Part shown: positions 9,319-19,318 of the stretch, piece after piece
Layout of the letters: every line of letters starts with the position of its first letter
Position numbering within the stretch: the stretch's first letter is position 1
Assembly (NCBI GenBank): GCA_963665115.1
Contig: OY762007.1
Location: forward strand, 1,440,001 to 1,504,000
Origin: an uncultured Rivularia sp.
GTDB lineage: Bacteria; Cyanobacteriota; Cyanobacteriia; Cyanobacteriales; Nostocaceae
DNA: 64,000 nt
Direction of reading: 5' to 3'
Translations under genes and position numbers: made by a program
The notes under the pieces: model-generated
The model's database searches: none
Told to the model about the DNA's origin: nothing
What the model saw: the letters and a program-made list of their open reading frames with translations, nothing else

Positions 9319-10128
9319 ATGGATTTACTAACTTCAATTGATATATCTCACGTTTGGGATATAGTTATCGCTCAAACTCCAACCCCAACTCCAACACCTT
9401 CACCAACATTAAATCCTGCGAAAGCTGCGAATGAAATTGAATTACTCAAAAGTCAATTAGAGTTTTTAAAAGCAACTAACGGACAATTAGGTCAAAGCTT
9501 CACTCGATTTGTTAGTGCGATGCAGTTTACTTTAGTTGCATTTGGTTTTTTGGGTGCATTTTTAACTTATATTTTTGGTAAAAATTTAGAAGACGCAAAG
9601 AAAGTTGCTAGCCAGACAATTCAACAAGAAATTGATAGCCATATTGCTGGTTTAGTACAAAAAGAAGTTAGAAATGTAAAACGAACGTTATCACGCGAAC
9701 GAGTTATTAGTTCAACTGTAGTAGATTATTATCTACCATCACCAGAAGGAGAAACAAATGAATATAAGTTACTGCAAGCAAGAGAATTCCAAGATGTAAT
9801 GTTTTGGAATAACATCAATCTTCCCCAGAGATTTACTGGTGATGTATGTGTTTTAGATTTAGAAAATTCAATTGACTCTAATAATCAAAAGTTTTCTCAA
9901 TTACCACAAGATAAACGAGAAGAAACTGCTAAACAAATTTTTGATGGATTTATTAAAATGTTGCCGTCAACCAAGACGATAGTGATTTATGTTGCTCCAC
10001 CAGCACTGAGAGCAATTAATAGTGAAAGATTTAAGGGTATATATTATGCACCTGCAAATACACCAATTACTTTAGTGGGTATGGTGGCTGATGCTGCTTA
10101 TGTAGCAAACGGACAAATTGCTCCGTAA
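9319..10128 (+). CDS. CRISPR-associated single-pass membrane protein with C-terminal alpha/beta domain (candidate type III effector)
   Basis: PT-rich linker, coiled coil, TM segment (FTLVAFGFLGAFLTYIFG), helical stalk, then DVCVLDL / TIVIYV / YYAPANTPITL strands; lies between array 1 and the end of the cas operon. Confidence 0.65.
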   Translation: MDLLTSIDISHVWDIVIAQTPTPTPTPSPTLNPAKAANEIELLKSQLEFLKATNGQLGQSFTRFVSAMQFTLVAFGFLGAFLTYIFGKNLEDAKKVASQTIQQEIDSHIAGLVQKEVRNVKRTLSRERVISSTVVDYYLPSPEGETNEYKLLQAREFQDVMFWNNINLPQRFTGDVCVLDLENSIDSNNQKFSQLPQDKREETAKQIFDGFIKMLPSTKTIVIYVAPPALRAINSERFKGIYYAPANTPITLVGMVADAAYVANGQIAP

Positions 10129-10163
10129 AATTTGCCTTTAACTTTTGACTTTTTTCCCGGCTA

Positions 10164-10820
10164 TTACTTATGTCTTATATATTTTACTTTTTTCGGAACT
10201 CCATTTTCAGTTTCAGTTATTTTGACGATTACTTGTTGTCCGAGTTCAAGTAATTGAGATTTTTTCGGTTCTTTAACAGTTTTTGTAAAAGTATTAAACA
10301 TTTTATAGGTAACTTTATTCCCACTTTTATTAGTAATCTCGGCTTCTATTTCATCATCAAGTTTTAAATCTTGAGATTTAGCGGCTGTTTGAATTTCTAG
10401 TTTACGATTTAATGCTGATAATTCTTCAAAATCTTCTAAAGGAGTAACTTTAAAGTAGTTAAATAAACGAAATGTCCAACCCAATATTTCTAATATTTGA
10501 TCGGGATTTGATTGGAATTCGATGAGATGCTGATTGCAAGCTTTATGGATACTACGATAGTAACTGGGTGTTTTTTCGCTATGTTTAATGCTTTGGCTGT
10601 TATCAACTAATGCTTTTAAATATTTAAAAAAACTTGTACCAGCTTCAGATTTATTCCGATTTATCGCAGCACGTAAATAAGCTACAATTTTTCCTAATTC
10701 AGAGCGAATTCCATCTTTATTCGCTTCAATATTTTGCTGTTCTTGAACTAGTATTTTCGCAATTTCGTGAGCAGTATTCCACATTTTATCTTCTGAGCAA
10801 GATCCTTTGACTTCCACCAT
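10164..10820 (-). CDS. Last gene of cas operon: Cas11/Cmr5-like helical domain plus putative OB/S1-like C-terminal domain
   Basis: 15 bp after the preceding RAMP; helical N-domain ending ILEILGWTFRLF; beta-rich basic tail (IEAEITNKSGNKVTYK...LGQQVIVKI). Confidence 0.55.
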   Translation of the reverse strand: MVEVKGSCSEDKMWNTAHEIAKILVQEQQNIEANKDGIRSELGKIVAYLRAAINRNKSEAGTSFFKYLKALVDNSQSIKHSEKTPSYYRSIHKACNQHLIEFQSNPDQILEILGWTFRLFNYFKVTPLEDFEELSALNRKLEIQTAAKSQDLKLDDEIEAEITNKSGNKVTYKMFNTFTKTVKEPKKSQLLELGQQVIVKITETENGVPKKVKYIRHK

Positions 10821-10835
10821 TTATTTTCCTCTAAT

Positions 10836-11918
10836 TTAGTTGTTAATTCTTAGTATTGCTGTTAATTCCTGTAGCTGCTGAGTTTGTATTAATGGTCTGT
10901 TACCCGGTTTAATCGGTTTTTTTAATTGATTATTATTTGTTGTTACTGGGGTTTGAGGTTTAGCGGATTGGATAGCATCTAATATAAACTGTTTTAATGT
11001 ATTTTCTTCTAAAACCGAATTGTTTGGATTATAGGATAAGTAACGATTAATTTCTAACTGTTCTATTTTAACTATATCAATTTTCATAGTTCCCATTCCT
11101 ACAGCTTTACCGCTACCAATTTTTAATCCCAGTCGGTTTTCTGGATCTTGTCCGAGAGCAATTAATAATGCTCCTAATTGCATTTTTGTTAGGTTGCTAT
11201 AATTCACATAAGTTGTAAATCTTTTTCCTAATTCTGCTTGTTGAATACGAATTGTAGGTGTGACTTCTTCATCTTCTTGGTAGGAATGAGGATAAAACTT
11301 TCTACCGCGAATTTTGTTATTGTTATCGTAATAAATTTTTTCCTGAGTTTCACGATTTTCAGCTTTAGGTTTAGGAGAAAATAAAGCAGGAATCAATCCT
11401 GTATCGAAACCTGATTTATCGTTATCGGGGTCATATTTCGCATCATAAAAATGTACTAATCCCAGCCAATTCATTGCTCCAAATATGACGCAAGCCGGAC
11501 AAAGTTCTGATGTATCTTTACATTCACTGTAATTATTAGGAATCTCTTCTCTTCTGGCATCAGTTTTGCACAAACAACTTCTTGTAATTGCTTCATAAAT
11601 TGAACGTACAACCCCCTTGAGCGAACTACCGGGAATAATAAGTCTGTGGTTTTGCTGTACGGAAGATTGAATTAAGCTTAATTTAGCGACATATCTTGCT
11701 GAAACAGTATCTATTTGCTGTGCTAAATCGCTACCCATGACGGTAATACCTGAATTTACGGATACAGGTGAAACAACTGTTAAATTCAAATATAATTTAC
11801 CGCTAAAACGTTTATTAGTTAGTTGATATTTATTGTGACCAAACTTTTGATTACCTTGAATGTTTATTCTGTCAGGTGCTGTTTGAGGAAGAGAAATAAA
11901 ATTATAGTTACTAGGCAT
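10836..11918 (-). CDS. Type III-D Cas7-family RAMP (Csm5-like)
   Basis: IIPGSSLKGVVRSIYEAIT, Cys cluster CLC...CPACVIFG, RGRKFYPH, G-loop KIGSGKAVGMG. Confidence 0.88.
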   Translation of the reverse strand: MPSNYNFISLPQTAPDRINIQGNQKFGHNKYQLTNKRFSGKLYLNLTVVSPVSVNSGITVMGSDLAQQIDTVSARYVAKLSLIQSSVQQNHRLIIPGSSLKGVVRSIYEAITRSCLCKTDARREEIPNNYSECKDTSELCPACVIFGAMNWLGLVHFYDAKYDPDNDKSGFDTGLIPALFSPKPKAENRETQEKIYYDNNNKIRGRKFYPHSYQEDEEVTPTIRIQQAELGKRFTTYVNYSNLTKMQLGALLIALGQDPENRLGLKIGSGKAVGMGTMKIDIVKIEQLEINRYLSYNPNNSVLEENTLKQFILDAIQSAKPQTPVTTNNNQLKKPIKPGNRPLIQTQQLQELTAILRINN

Positions 11919-11953
11919 ATTTTTTGAGATTTTTTTAAATTAAAGTTCACAAA

Positions 11954-12418
11954 TTACTTGTTTATAGTTAGAGCGACAAAATGCACTGTTGAAGTTTGAA
12001 CATCTTGAAAATAACGCTGAGCTAAAGATATTTTTTTCGGCTCTATATTATCTTGAGATTCATTTTTGTAAGTAAACCCTTGAGGGAATTTAGTTTCATC
12101 AATATCATAAAAATATGCATTGCGATCGCAAGTTTTCCAATGTTTACCAATAGAGTTAAATTCTAATTCCTTATTTGGCTGATTTTGACTGAGCAACAAC
12201 ACTTGATACCCGCTACTATTTTTTTTCCAGCGTAACTCTAATTCCACGTTAAACATTTGCCCTTCTGCACTAATAAATTCGGGTGGTAAATAAGTTAAAA
12301 TACCACTAACCTTGTGTTTCCAACGCAGAAAATAATAACTGGGTTGCCGATAACAATCTTTGAGTAATGTTTGTAATTTTTCAGAAGATGAAACTTGTTT
12401 ACAACCAACAAAAGTCAT
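11954..12418 (-). CDS. csx19: Type III-D signature protein Csx19
   Basis: ~154 aa, EGQMFNVELELRWKK motif, position between Cas7 genes. Confidence 0.7.
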   Translation of the reverse strand: MTFVGCKQVSSSEKLQTLLKDCYRQPSYYFLRWKHKVSGILTYLPPEFISAEGQMFNVELELRWKKNSSGYQVLLLSQNQPNKELEFNSIGKHWKTCDRNAYFYDIDETKFPQGFTYKNESQDNIEPKKISLAQRYFQDVQTSTVHFVALTINK

Positions 12419-13386
12419 GCACTAACTCCCTGTGGTAAGATATCACGCCATTGACGAACAGCACGCTCAAATAAATCTGGGACACCCCTTTCACTATCAC
12501 CTTCCCAAATAAGCTGTACTCCAAAACCATAAGACATTTCTTCTGCTGTAATTATTGAGTCCTGTTTATCATCAATCGGAAATCCATACAGGTTTTCTTC
12601 TTGTAAAAATTCTCCTGCTCCTAATAAAAACGTTTTTGGCCAATTTAATTCTTTCCCAATGGCGTAGATTTTATCATCTCGCAACTCACAACCAGGATAT
12701 TGCACTACTGCTGAGTGAAGTTGTAGTTTGACTGTACCCATACCGCGAGATTTGGCAAAACCAATACCAAACCAACCGTCATTTAAGTCACGCAATACTA
12801 AACCAATTAAACCCAACTGTGCTAAAGAGAAATTTTTCAGGTGAATTTTTGTGCGAAAATCTCCAGATGTACAAACTTCGTAGTTAAATAATGCACCCCT
12901 GACAGCAGAGCCAAATACTCTATCGATCGCGACTCCATTACGTTCTTCAATTTTCAATGGTTGGGATGGATTGGGATAAGCATCTTCGATACGAAGCCGA
13001 CTAGCTATGATAGTACTGCCAAATAATTGGTCGGTAAACGAAGATTTTTTGTAGATTTCATGGGGAAGTAACTTCTTTTTTAATTCTTCTTGATTTCTAA
13101 TATTTTGCTTATCTAATGGATTACTAGCCCAAATAGTTGTACTATTTTCTGATGGTGGTTTATCATCACCTACAGTTCTGACAATGCGTTCGGCATGAGC
13201 GCGAATTGCCCCTTTAAGCGAACTTCCTGGTAAAAAAATCGAACGTCCACCAGCATGATAAGTTTCCACAAATTCCATATCAGGTTTAGTTGGGTTTGCA
13301 CCTTCTTTTCCCGACTTAATTAAAATTGGCCCATCGGGAATTATGCTGAGTTCAATAGTGCATTGGTTAACTAATCGCTTATGCAT
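12415..13386 (-). CDS. csm3: Cas7-family RAMP (Csm3 group)
   Basis: FLPGSSLKGAIRAHAERI, ERNGVAIDR, GIGFAKSRGMG. Confidence 0.88.
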   Translation of the reverse strand: MHKRLVNQCTIELSIIPDGPILIKSGKEGANPTKPDMEFVETYHAGGRSIFLPGSSLKGAIRAHAERIVRTVGDDKPPSENSTTIWASNPLDKQNIRNQEELKKKLLPHEIYKKSSFTDQLFGSTIIASRLRIEDAYPNPSQPLKIEERNGVAIDRVFGSAVRGALFNYEVCTSGDFRTKIHLKNFSLAQLGLIGLVLRDLNDGWFGIGFAKSRGMGTVKLQLHSAVVQYPGCELRDDKIYAIGKELNWPKTFLLGAGEFLQEENLYGFPIDDKQDSIITAEEMSYGFGVQLIWEGDSERGVPDLFERAVRQWRDILPQGVSA

Positions 13387-13388
13387 GA

Positions 13389-14255
13389 CTAATTTTCTCC
13401 GCTTGTGGTATTAGCTATAGATTTTTCTGGAATTAAACACCTCAAGTACCAAAGTAGAGCTTCAGTCCATTTCTTCTTGAAATCATTAATTTCTTCTCCT
13501 CGATACTGATATTCATCCATATTTCCTGCAACTTGATTTTGCATATATGTTAATAACTTTCCAGAATCACCTTCTGCATCAAACCACTGCATTTGGTCAA
13601 TTTCCAAACGCACAACTCCTAAACCACGAGAACGCCCACCTCCGAGCGGTATCTGTTCGCTTTCAAACTGATGTAAACCAATCGCCAACAAACCTAGTTC
13701 CCACTTTTCGGCATTTTCTACTACTACTTTCATATCAAAACTAGTACCAGAAGGAACTACCTGAAAATCATATAGTTTTCCATCTGCTGCTGTTTCAGTA
13801 TCCCTATCAATTGCAACACCATCTCGTTCTTGATATTGTCCAAACCATGTATCGGCAACTACGGTTAAATCCCGCACTTGAAATTTACTAGCAAACCAAG
13901 GAGAACCGAATAAACGAGAAATTGAATCAGTTTGCTCTAATAATTGATCTGTTAAAACAGCATCATCTTGATAATCTTCCTTTAACTTTTTTATTGCTTG
14001 GTTACGAGCTTGACTGGTAAAATTAGCTGGATCTTCTGCTAAATTGATATTAATCCCCCGCAAAAAACTTTCAAGACGCGATCGCAATGCACCTTTGAAG
14101 CTGGCACCAGGAATTAATGGTCTATCTAATGCATCTTTTATTACAGGTAAATCGGCTCCAATTGGTTCGGTAGAACGACCGGAACTAATACGTAATGCGG
14201 TGACTGTAGAAAGTTTTCCAGTTATTTCTAAACGATTTTTAAACACATCAAACAT
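13389..14255 (-). CDS. csm3: Cas7-family RAMP (Csm3/Csx7 backbone subunit)
   Basis: IGADLPV (putative catalytic Asp), LIPGASFKGALRS, RDGVAIDRDT, LGGGRSRGLG. Confidence 0.9.
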   Translation of the reverse strand: MFDVFKNRLEITGKLSTVTALRISSGRSTEPIGADLPVIKDALDRPLIPGASFKGALRSRLESFLRGININLAEDPANFTSQARNQAIKKLKEDYQDDAVLTDQLLEQTDSISRLFGSPWFASKFQVRDLTVVADTWFGQYQERDGVAIDRDTETAADGKLYDFQVVPSGTSFDMKVVVENAEKWELGLLAIGLHQFESEQIPLGGGRSRGLGVVRLEIDQMQWFDAEGDSGKLLTYMQNQVAGNMDEYQYRGEEINDFKKKWTEALLWYLRCLIPEKSIANTTSGEN

Positions 14256-14260
14256 AATTA

Positions 14261-14758
14261 TTATCCGGTTTGATTATTTTCTTCAACATTTTGTAAGTCA
14301 ATACGAGCGTCTATAATAGATGAATCTTTTTCTGTTTTTATTTTGTTGAGATACGTTAAATAGCGAGAACCATAACCAATATAACGACGAATTAACTGTA
14401 TCCAAATATATTTAAAATCCGCACCGGGGTTATCCGTTTCTATTTGTTTAGCTTTAACTTTGATAGAAACATCTATATCCTGAATGATTCGAGCAGCAAG
14501 AGAATCTTTACCTCTTCCCCATTTTTCATCCCTACCAACTTGATAACAAATAAAATTTTTAATCACTTCTGCGCTATCAGTTGTGTCAGCAACGCGGAGT
14601 AAATTATTAAACTGCGATTCCTCTAATTTTTTATTCCCAGATTTAGTATATTTACAATTATCTAAAGCGGTTTCTATTGCAATCACTAAATCATCTTCTG
14701 ATTGACGAATTGCTTGCTGTACTTTTAGCGCAATCTTTGGATCTAATATTTGAGTCAT
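14261..14758 (-). CDS. csm2: Small subunit Cas11 (Csm2-like)
   Basis: All-helical, SQFNNLL...IKNFICYQVGR motif; canonical III-D position after csx10. Confidence 0.78.
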   Translation of the reverse strand: MTQILDPKIALKVQQAIRQSEDDLVIAIETALDNCKYTKSGNKKLEESQFNNLLRVADTTDSAEVIKNFICYQVGRDEKWGRGKDSLAARIIQDIDVSIKVKAKQIETDNPGADFKYIWIQLIRRYIGYGSRYLTYLNKIKTEKDSSIIDARIDLQNVEENNQTG

Positions 14759-16032
14759 TTAGCCTCCTCTCGAAAAACTTGATGAAATTCATTACAAACT
14801 TCCACCTGTCCAAAACCTTCACAAGTGCGATCGCCTATTCCCGTTTTTGATAAATTTTCTAATGCTAAATACCATTTTTCTGGTTGCTTTGTACTAAATA
14901 AGTATACAGAACCTTTATTAGTAACTAATTCCACGTCTTTCATCAATCCCCAAGCGGAATTCCATCCACTACGGTAGTCATAGCTACTGTAAGCAACGTG
15001 CATTTCCAGCGATGAATCGTCAACATTGGTAAAATCTTTGAGCATACACTTTGAAATAACCGTAGTTCGCTGCCAGTTTTCGCTTAAAATAGCATCAGAT
15101 TGTAAATCGATAGTGAAATAAGTTTTACCTGTTAATAAATCATTTTCACATTTACCGAAAATAGACCAAAGTCCCCATCTAGTTTGCAACGTTTGATTAA
15201 ATTCTTCAATTCGATTTTGAATTCTTTTGATTGATGTTTCTTGTCTGCTAACTTCAATTTTGACTTTACCTAAACCCCTAGAAACAGAACCACCTATGCG
15301 AAAGTTATTTTTATTTCTTTGAATAAAATCTTGCAACTTTCCAGCTAAAGATTCATCAGAAACCCGCACAAAACCGCGAAAAACAAAATTATTCCATTCA
15401 TCCGTTTTAGTACTTTTCAAAAAAGACTCATTTAAAACTTGAATGCTGTAAAGAATTTCTTCTTCCGAAGTTGCACGACGGCGATTAATTCCCACCCGCG
15501 TTAAAAAACGGCTACTTGCATCATGACTGTAATAATGACTATCTACTAAGCTATAAAAACTACCGTAAGTTTCCACCTGGGGGTTTGTTCCTTGGGCGAT
15601 CGCTCTTGGATCGCTCGACTCAAAAGGTTGATTATAAGCTGCTGCACAAAAAGCATCAATAAGAGTATCAAAAACTCCATGTCCATTGCTACACTTAAAA
15701 CCCGGATTGGTTTTGGAACTAACAGCAGTTGCTGGTAAAACCTTGATTTGACTACTGACAGCTATCGATTCATCATTGATTTTCCTCACTGCTGGATAAG
15801 CATTGCCAAAAATAGCCGGACTTTCATCTAAAAATAAACTTTGAAAATCACCTCCATTTTCCGCTAGATTTGCAGAATATCGACCGGATAAATGTAAAAT
15901 TTGAGAGGCGATCGCACCCCGCAAAACCGAACCAGAAATATAGTTTTCTACCTCGCTAACGGAAGTACCGGGTTTTAGTTTTCCTAGTGCCAGGGGAGAT
16001 AAAGCTGTAATAGTTAATTCCAGTTGCGTCAT
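14755..16032 (-). CDS. csx10: Csx10 RAMP (type III-D)
   Basis: YISGSVLRGAIA, RVGINRRRATSEE, IGGSVSRGLG and a second G-loop GIGDRTCEGFG; likely start MTQLEL at 16032, overlapping the upstream stop (ATGA). Confidence 0.88.
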   Translation of the reverse strand: MTQLELTITALSPLALGKLKPGTSVSEVENYISGSVLRGAIASQILHLSGRYSANLAENGGDFQSLFLDESPAIFGNAYPAVRKINDESIAVSSQIKVLPATAVSSKTNPGFKCSNGHGVFDTLIDAFCAAAYNQPFESSDPRAIAQGTNPQVETYGSFYSLVDSHYYSHDASSRFLTRVGINRRRATSEEEILYSIQVLNESFLKSTKTDEWNNFVFRGFVRVSDESLAGKLQDFIQRNKNNFRIGGSVSRGLGKVKIEVSRQETSIKRIQNRIEEFNQTLQTRWGLWSIFGKCENDLLTGKTYFTIDLQSDAILSENWQRTTVISKCMLKDFTNVDDSSLEMHVAYSSYDYRSGWNSAWGLMKDVELVTNKGSVYLFSTKQPEKWYLALENLSKTGIGDRTCEGFGQVEVCNEFHQVFREEAK

Positions 16033-16742
16033 GGCTTTACCTCTGGTAATAAACTTAACCAAGCCTCATCGTTTTTCGTAATTTTTGGTAATCCTTTCCA
16101 GCGCAACCAACCCAACCCCGCAGACTTGCTACCACCCAGAGCATGAATATGATGTAAAGCTGCAATTATCAAAGGTTTAGCATAATTTGGGCAGTCTGGT
16201 TGTAGATGAATTTCTCCTTTAAAACTTAGTTGAGCATTTGCGGGAGAAGTTTCTAATAAATATAATTTTTTCTCATCTGCGGTACGTCTTCTGCGGTTAA
16301 TTGTCACCCCCGGACGCAATACTTCTGGTAAATCTACTGAGGCAAAATCACAAATTAGGTCATCAACAATAATTCGTGAAGGTAAAATCGGATTGCCAAA
16401 TATCTGAGAAACCAAACAGTGATATCCTCGATAGCCAGAAACTTGATAAGCTGTTCTAAACTGACTAGAAACTTCCGTTTCTTGAGGGCAAAGTGATTTA
16501 GCTGTGGGTGCAGAAAAGATTTGCCATCCCAAACAACGCGCCAATTTCTCGCATTCATGACGCAATCTGCCTTTAAGTTGAGAAGCTGGAATCAATAGTT
16601 GCCCTTGTGCATTACGCACAATAGGTTTGTCAGCTAAAGAACCACTCGATCCACCTGCACCTACACACAATGCACTATCAATTACAGCATTGAGAATAAT
16701 AGTATCAGTTTCTATTGAAGTAAGGTTATCCAAATCAATCAT
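16029..16742 (-). CDS. csm3: Cas7-family RAMP (Csm3 group)
   Basis: GSLADKPIV, LIPASQLKGRLRH, RPGVTINRRR, LGGSKSAGLG. Confidence 0.9.
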   Translation of the reverse strand: MIDLDNLTSIETDTIILNAVIDSALCVGAGGSSGSLADKPIVRNAQGQLLIPASQLKGRLRHECEKLARCLGWQIFSAPTAKSLCPQETEVSSQFRTAYQVSGYRGYHCLVSQIFGNPILPSRIIVDDLICDFASVDLPEVLRPGVTINRRRRTADEKKLYLLETSPANAQLSFKGEIHLQPDCPNYAKPLIIAALHHIHALGGSKSAGLGWLRWKGLPKITKNDEAWLSLLPEVKP

Positions 16743-19108
16743 TAATTTACCTCCCGTGGAGATGATTCCTCTGCAATAAATTCATCTGCTTCTTCTGGAA
16801 TAAATGGATATAAATCAACTAATTCTCGCCAAATCGTTTCGTAGGTCATTTTCGATTTTTCTGCTTCTTGTGATTCTTCTTGTAAAGACATCCAAGGTGC
16901 TAAATTTCCATGATTAGATGATTCTTTTGGTTGACACCAAGCTAATTCAAATCTTTCCTGTAATTCTTGTCTAGCCAATTCGTTTGTTAAACGAACGCGA
17001 AAATAGCGATAATTAAGGATAGCTGTACGCTTACCTTTTTCCAGTAAACTGCGAATTTGATAAAGTTGCGAACGAGGAAATTTAGCTTTTTTAAAAGCAT
17101 GAGCAGTTTCCAAAAGTCCTCCTAATTCATGTAGAGTATAGGGAGAAGCATAAAGCTTTAATTTGGATTGTCCATCTTTATTCTTAATTAATCCCTGCTC
17201 CCGAAATTCCTTGATATTAGAAGAAATCATCGTTACAGCTTTCATTACTAAAAAATCTACAGTTCCACTATAATATTGATGGTCTTTCTTCAATTCTTTA
17301 GCATATTTTTTCGCAGATTTTAATAATTGACTAACTAATTTATCTGCATAGTATATCGGTGTATCTTGCGCTGTAATTAAAACCCCAGTTGACATACTCA
17401 ACAGACATTTAGAAGCTGGGATATTATCTGTAATGTAACGATGTGTAAATGAATTATATTTCTCTTCTTTTAATGAATAATTTCGAGTTTGTAGTAATAA
17501 CCTTTCAAATTCATCGCCAATCATCTTAGCAATTTCTAAAGCCTTGTCAGCCGGTACAACTAAGAGTACATCATCACCACCAATAGTAATAATTTCAAAA
17601 GGATGAATTAAAACGGATTCTTTTTTCCTTCTGCTAGATTTAGCATCAGGTGTATATTTAGAAGGATGTAAATAACTTGCTAAAGCTTTGTAAACAGATT
17701 TCTCGGTAGCATTAAAAATATCTTGACTAAAAAGTCGATAGCTCTGGGATGTTTTAATCTTTTGACGAATATAGCCACCCATATTATTACCATCAGCATA
17801 GATATAAGCAACAAATCCTGATGGATTACTTGAGGAAGCAATTTCTCTTAAAGAGCGTGCTTCTTCTACTTTGTCTTTCTCACTAACACCAACAGAGCTA
17901 TAATATCGATTTGCTAATTCTTGGTTCCCTTCTTCTTCAAGAAACTTCTTAAACTTATCTACCCAACTAGGAATCCAAATATCACCAGGTTTCCATTCCA
18001 AACCAGCATTGTTATACCATGCATGAGAACTTTCCCGTTTAGCAACCTCTCCTACTAAACGTTTTCGCGCTAAAGGCTCCGATAAAAAGCGAGTATTTGG
18101 CAACTCTGCCGTCATGATTGCACAACGGCGATCGCTTTCATCTCGTCGTAGATAAGGATGAGTTTCAAACATCGGTGGGTAGCAACGACTGGGACGATTT
18201 TCAACAGAATTACCGTTCTGACGAGGAGTGAATTCGTTATTTTCAACAGAATTACCATTCCGACGACGGGTGAATTCGTTAGCCAATTTTCCCACCAATT
18301 CATTAAAATTCTTACGGTTGTGAAACCTTTGCAAAGGATTGCTAACTTCCGACTGCTCGAAATAACTTTTAACTATGGGATTTTCTTGATTTTTCTCATA
18401 CTTATCAAACCAAAAAGTATCTTCAATATTGTCTTGCAATAATCCAAATCGAAATTCCAACAACCGGAAAGTATCGCCAACCGCACAGGAATTTGCTGTT
18501 AAAGTTTCATCGGTATAGCGTTTTTCAATTGCATTCGCCAAATCATCAACAAAAGCTGCCGGACAAAATGCGAGAATATTACCACCTGTAGAGTAGACGA
18601 TCAATTCCGGAATTAAAGCTTGTCTTAGATTTAGATTAGGAAAATTTCTATCCAACCACTGCTCAATTGTAATTGACTTCTGACCTTCACCAAAAAAAGC
18701 AGGTAAATCAACCAAATTTATTCTATCGAGAAGCGCAGAAGCACCGCGTATATCATGGAGTTTAGCAGCTTCAAACACATATTGTTTAATCTTTGTCGCA
18801 CCACCATAAACCAAACCGATAGGTGTATCTTCATCCCAAAGATTTGGATATTTATCTTTTAATTGTAAAAGTGTCTGAGGTTGATATTCTTCACCAATAT
18901 CATAAAGTTGCTCTGCCAGCTTTACAAAACGTTGCACCTCATCAGGTAAAACCTGCTTTTCACCCTCACTTGCGCTTGTAGGAGCTAATAATACCTGTCG
19001 CATTTTCTTCAATTCACTGAGTTCATCCTGAACCAAAGTGTGCTTTTTGCCCCAAGCGAGACACCAAGCAAAAGCAGTGATTGTGCGCGTGCGAGAGTCG
19101 TTTGTCAT
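16742..19108 (-). CDS. cas10: Cas10 (type III-D large subunit), cyclase palm intact, no HD domain evident
   Basis: IKQYVFEAAKLHDIRGASALL, YADGNNMG, IITIGGDDVLL; only ~95 aa before palm 1, with no HD motif there. Confidence 0.95.
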   Translation of the reverse strand: MTNDSRTRTITAFAWCLAWGKKHTLVQDELSELKKMRQVLLAPTSASEGEKQVLPDEVQRFVKLAEQLYDIGEEYQPQTLLQLKDKYPNLWDEDTPIGLVYGGATKIKQYVFEAAKLHDIRGASALLDRINLVDLPAFFGEGQKSITIEQWLDRNFPNLNLRQALIPELIVYSTGGNILAFCPAAFVDDLANAIEKRYTDETLTANSCAVGDTFRLLEFRFGLLQDNIEDTFWFDKYEKNQENPIVKSYFEQSEVSNPLQRFHNRKNFNELVGKLANEFTRRRNGNSVENNEFTPRQNGNSVENRPSRCYPPMFETHPYLRRDESDRRCAIMTAELPNTRFLSEPLARKRLVGEVAKRESSHAWYNNAGLEWKPGDIWIPSWVDKFKKFLEEEGNQELANRYYSSVGVSEKDKVEEARSLREIASSSNPSGFVAYIYADGNNMGGYIRQKIKTSQSYRLFSQDIFNATEKSVYKALASYLHPSKYTPDAKSSRRKKESVLIHPFEIITIGGDDVLLVVPADKALEIAKMIGDEFERLLLQTRNYSLKEEKYNSFTHRYITDNIPASKCLLSMSTGVLITAQDTPIYYADKLVSQLLKSAKKYAKELKKDHQYYSGTVDFLVMKAVTMISSNIKEFREQGLIKNKDGQSKLKLYASPYTLHELGGLLETAHAFKKAKFPRSQLYQIRSLLEKGKRTAILNYRYFRVRLTNELARQELQERFELAWCQPKESSNHGNLAPWMSLQEESQEAEKSKMTYETIWRELVDLYPFIPEEADEFIAEESSPREVN

Positions 19109-19318
19109 CCAGTTATATTAGGAATTTTACTGATTTTATGTAACGCGATGCCAGATGACTTTCCGCCAATAGGCATTCGTTAGATGTGATATTTATATCA
19201 TTACTAGTTTCCGAATTCAAGAAAAAATTTCCGTATTTTTCAATTATGAAGTCGCAAATAGGCTTTTTATCGGAAGAATACGTTTAGTGGTTAGTTGTTA
19301 CTTTTCTCAGAAGAACTA

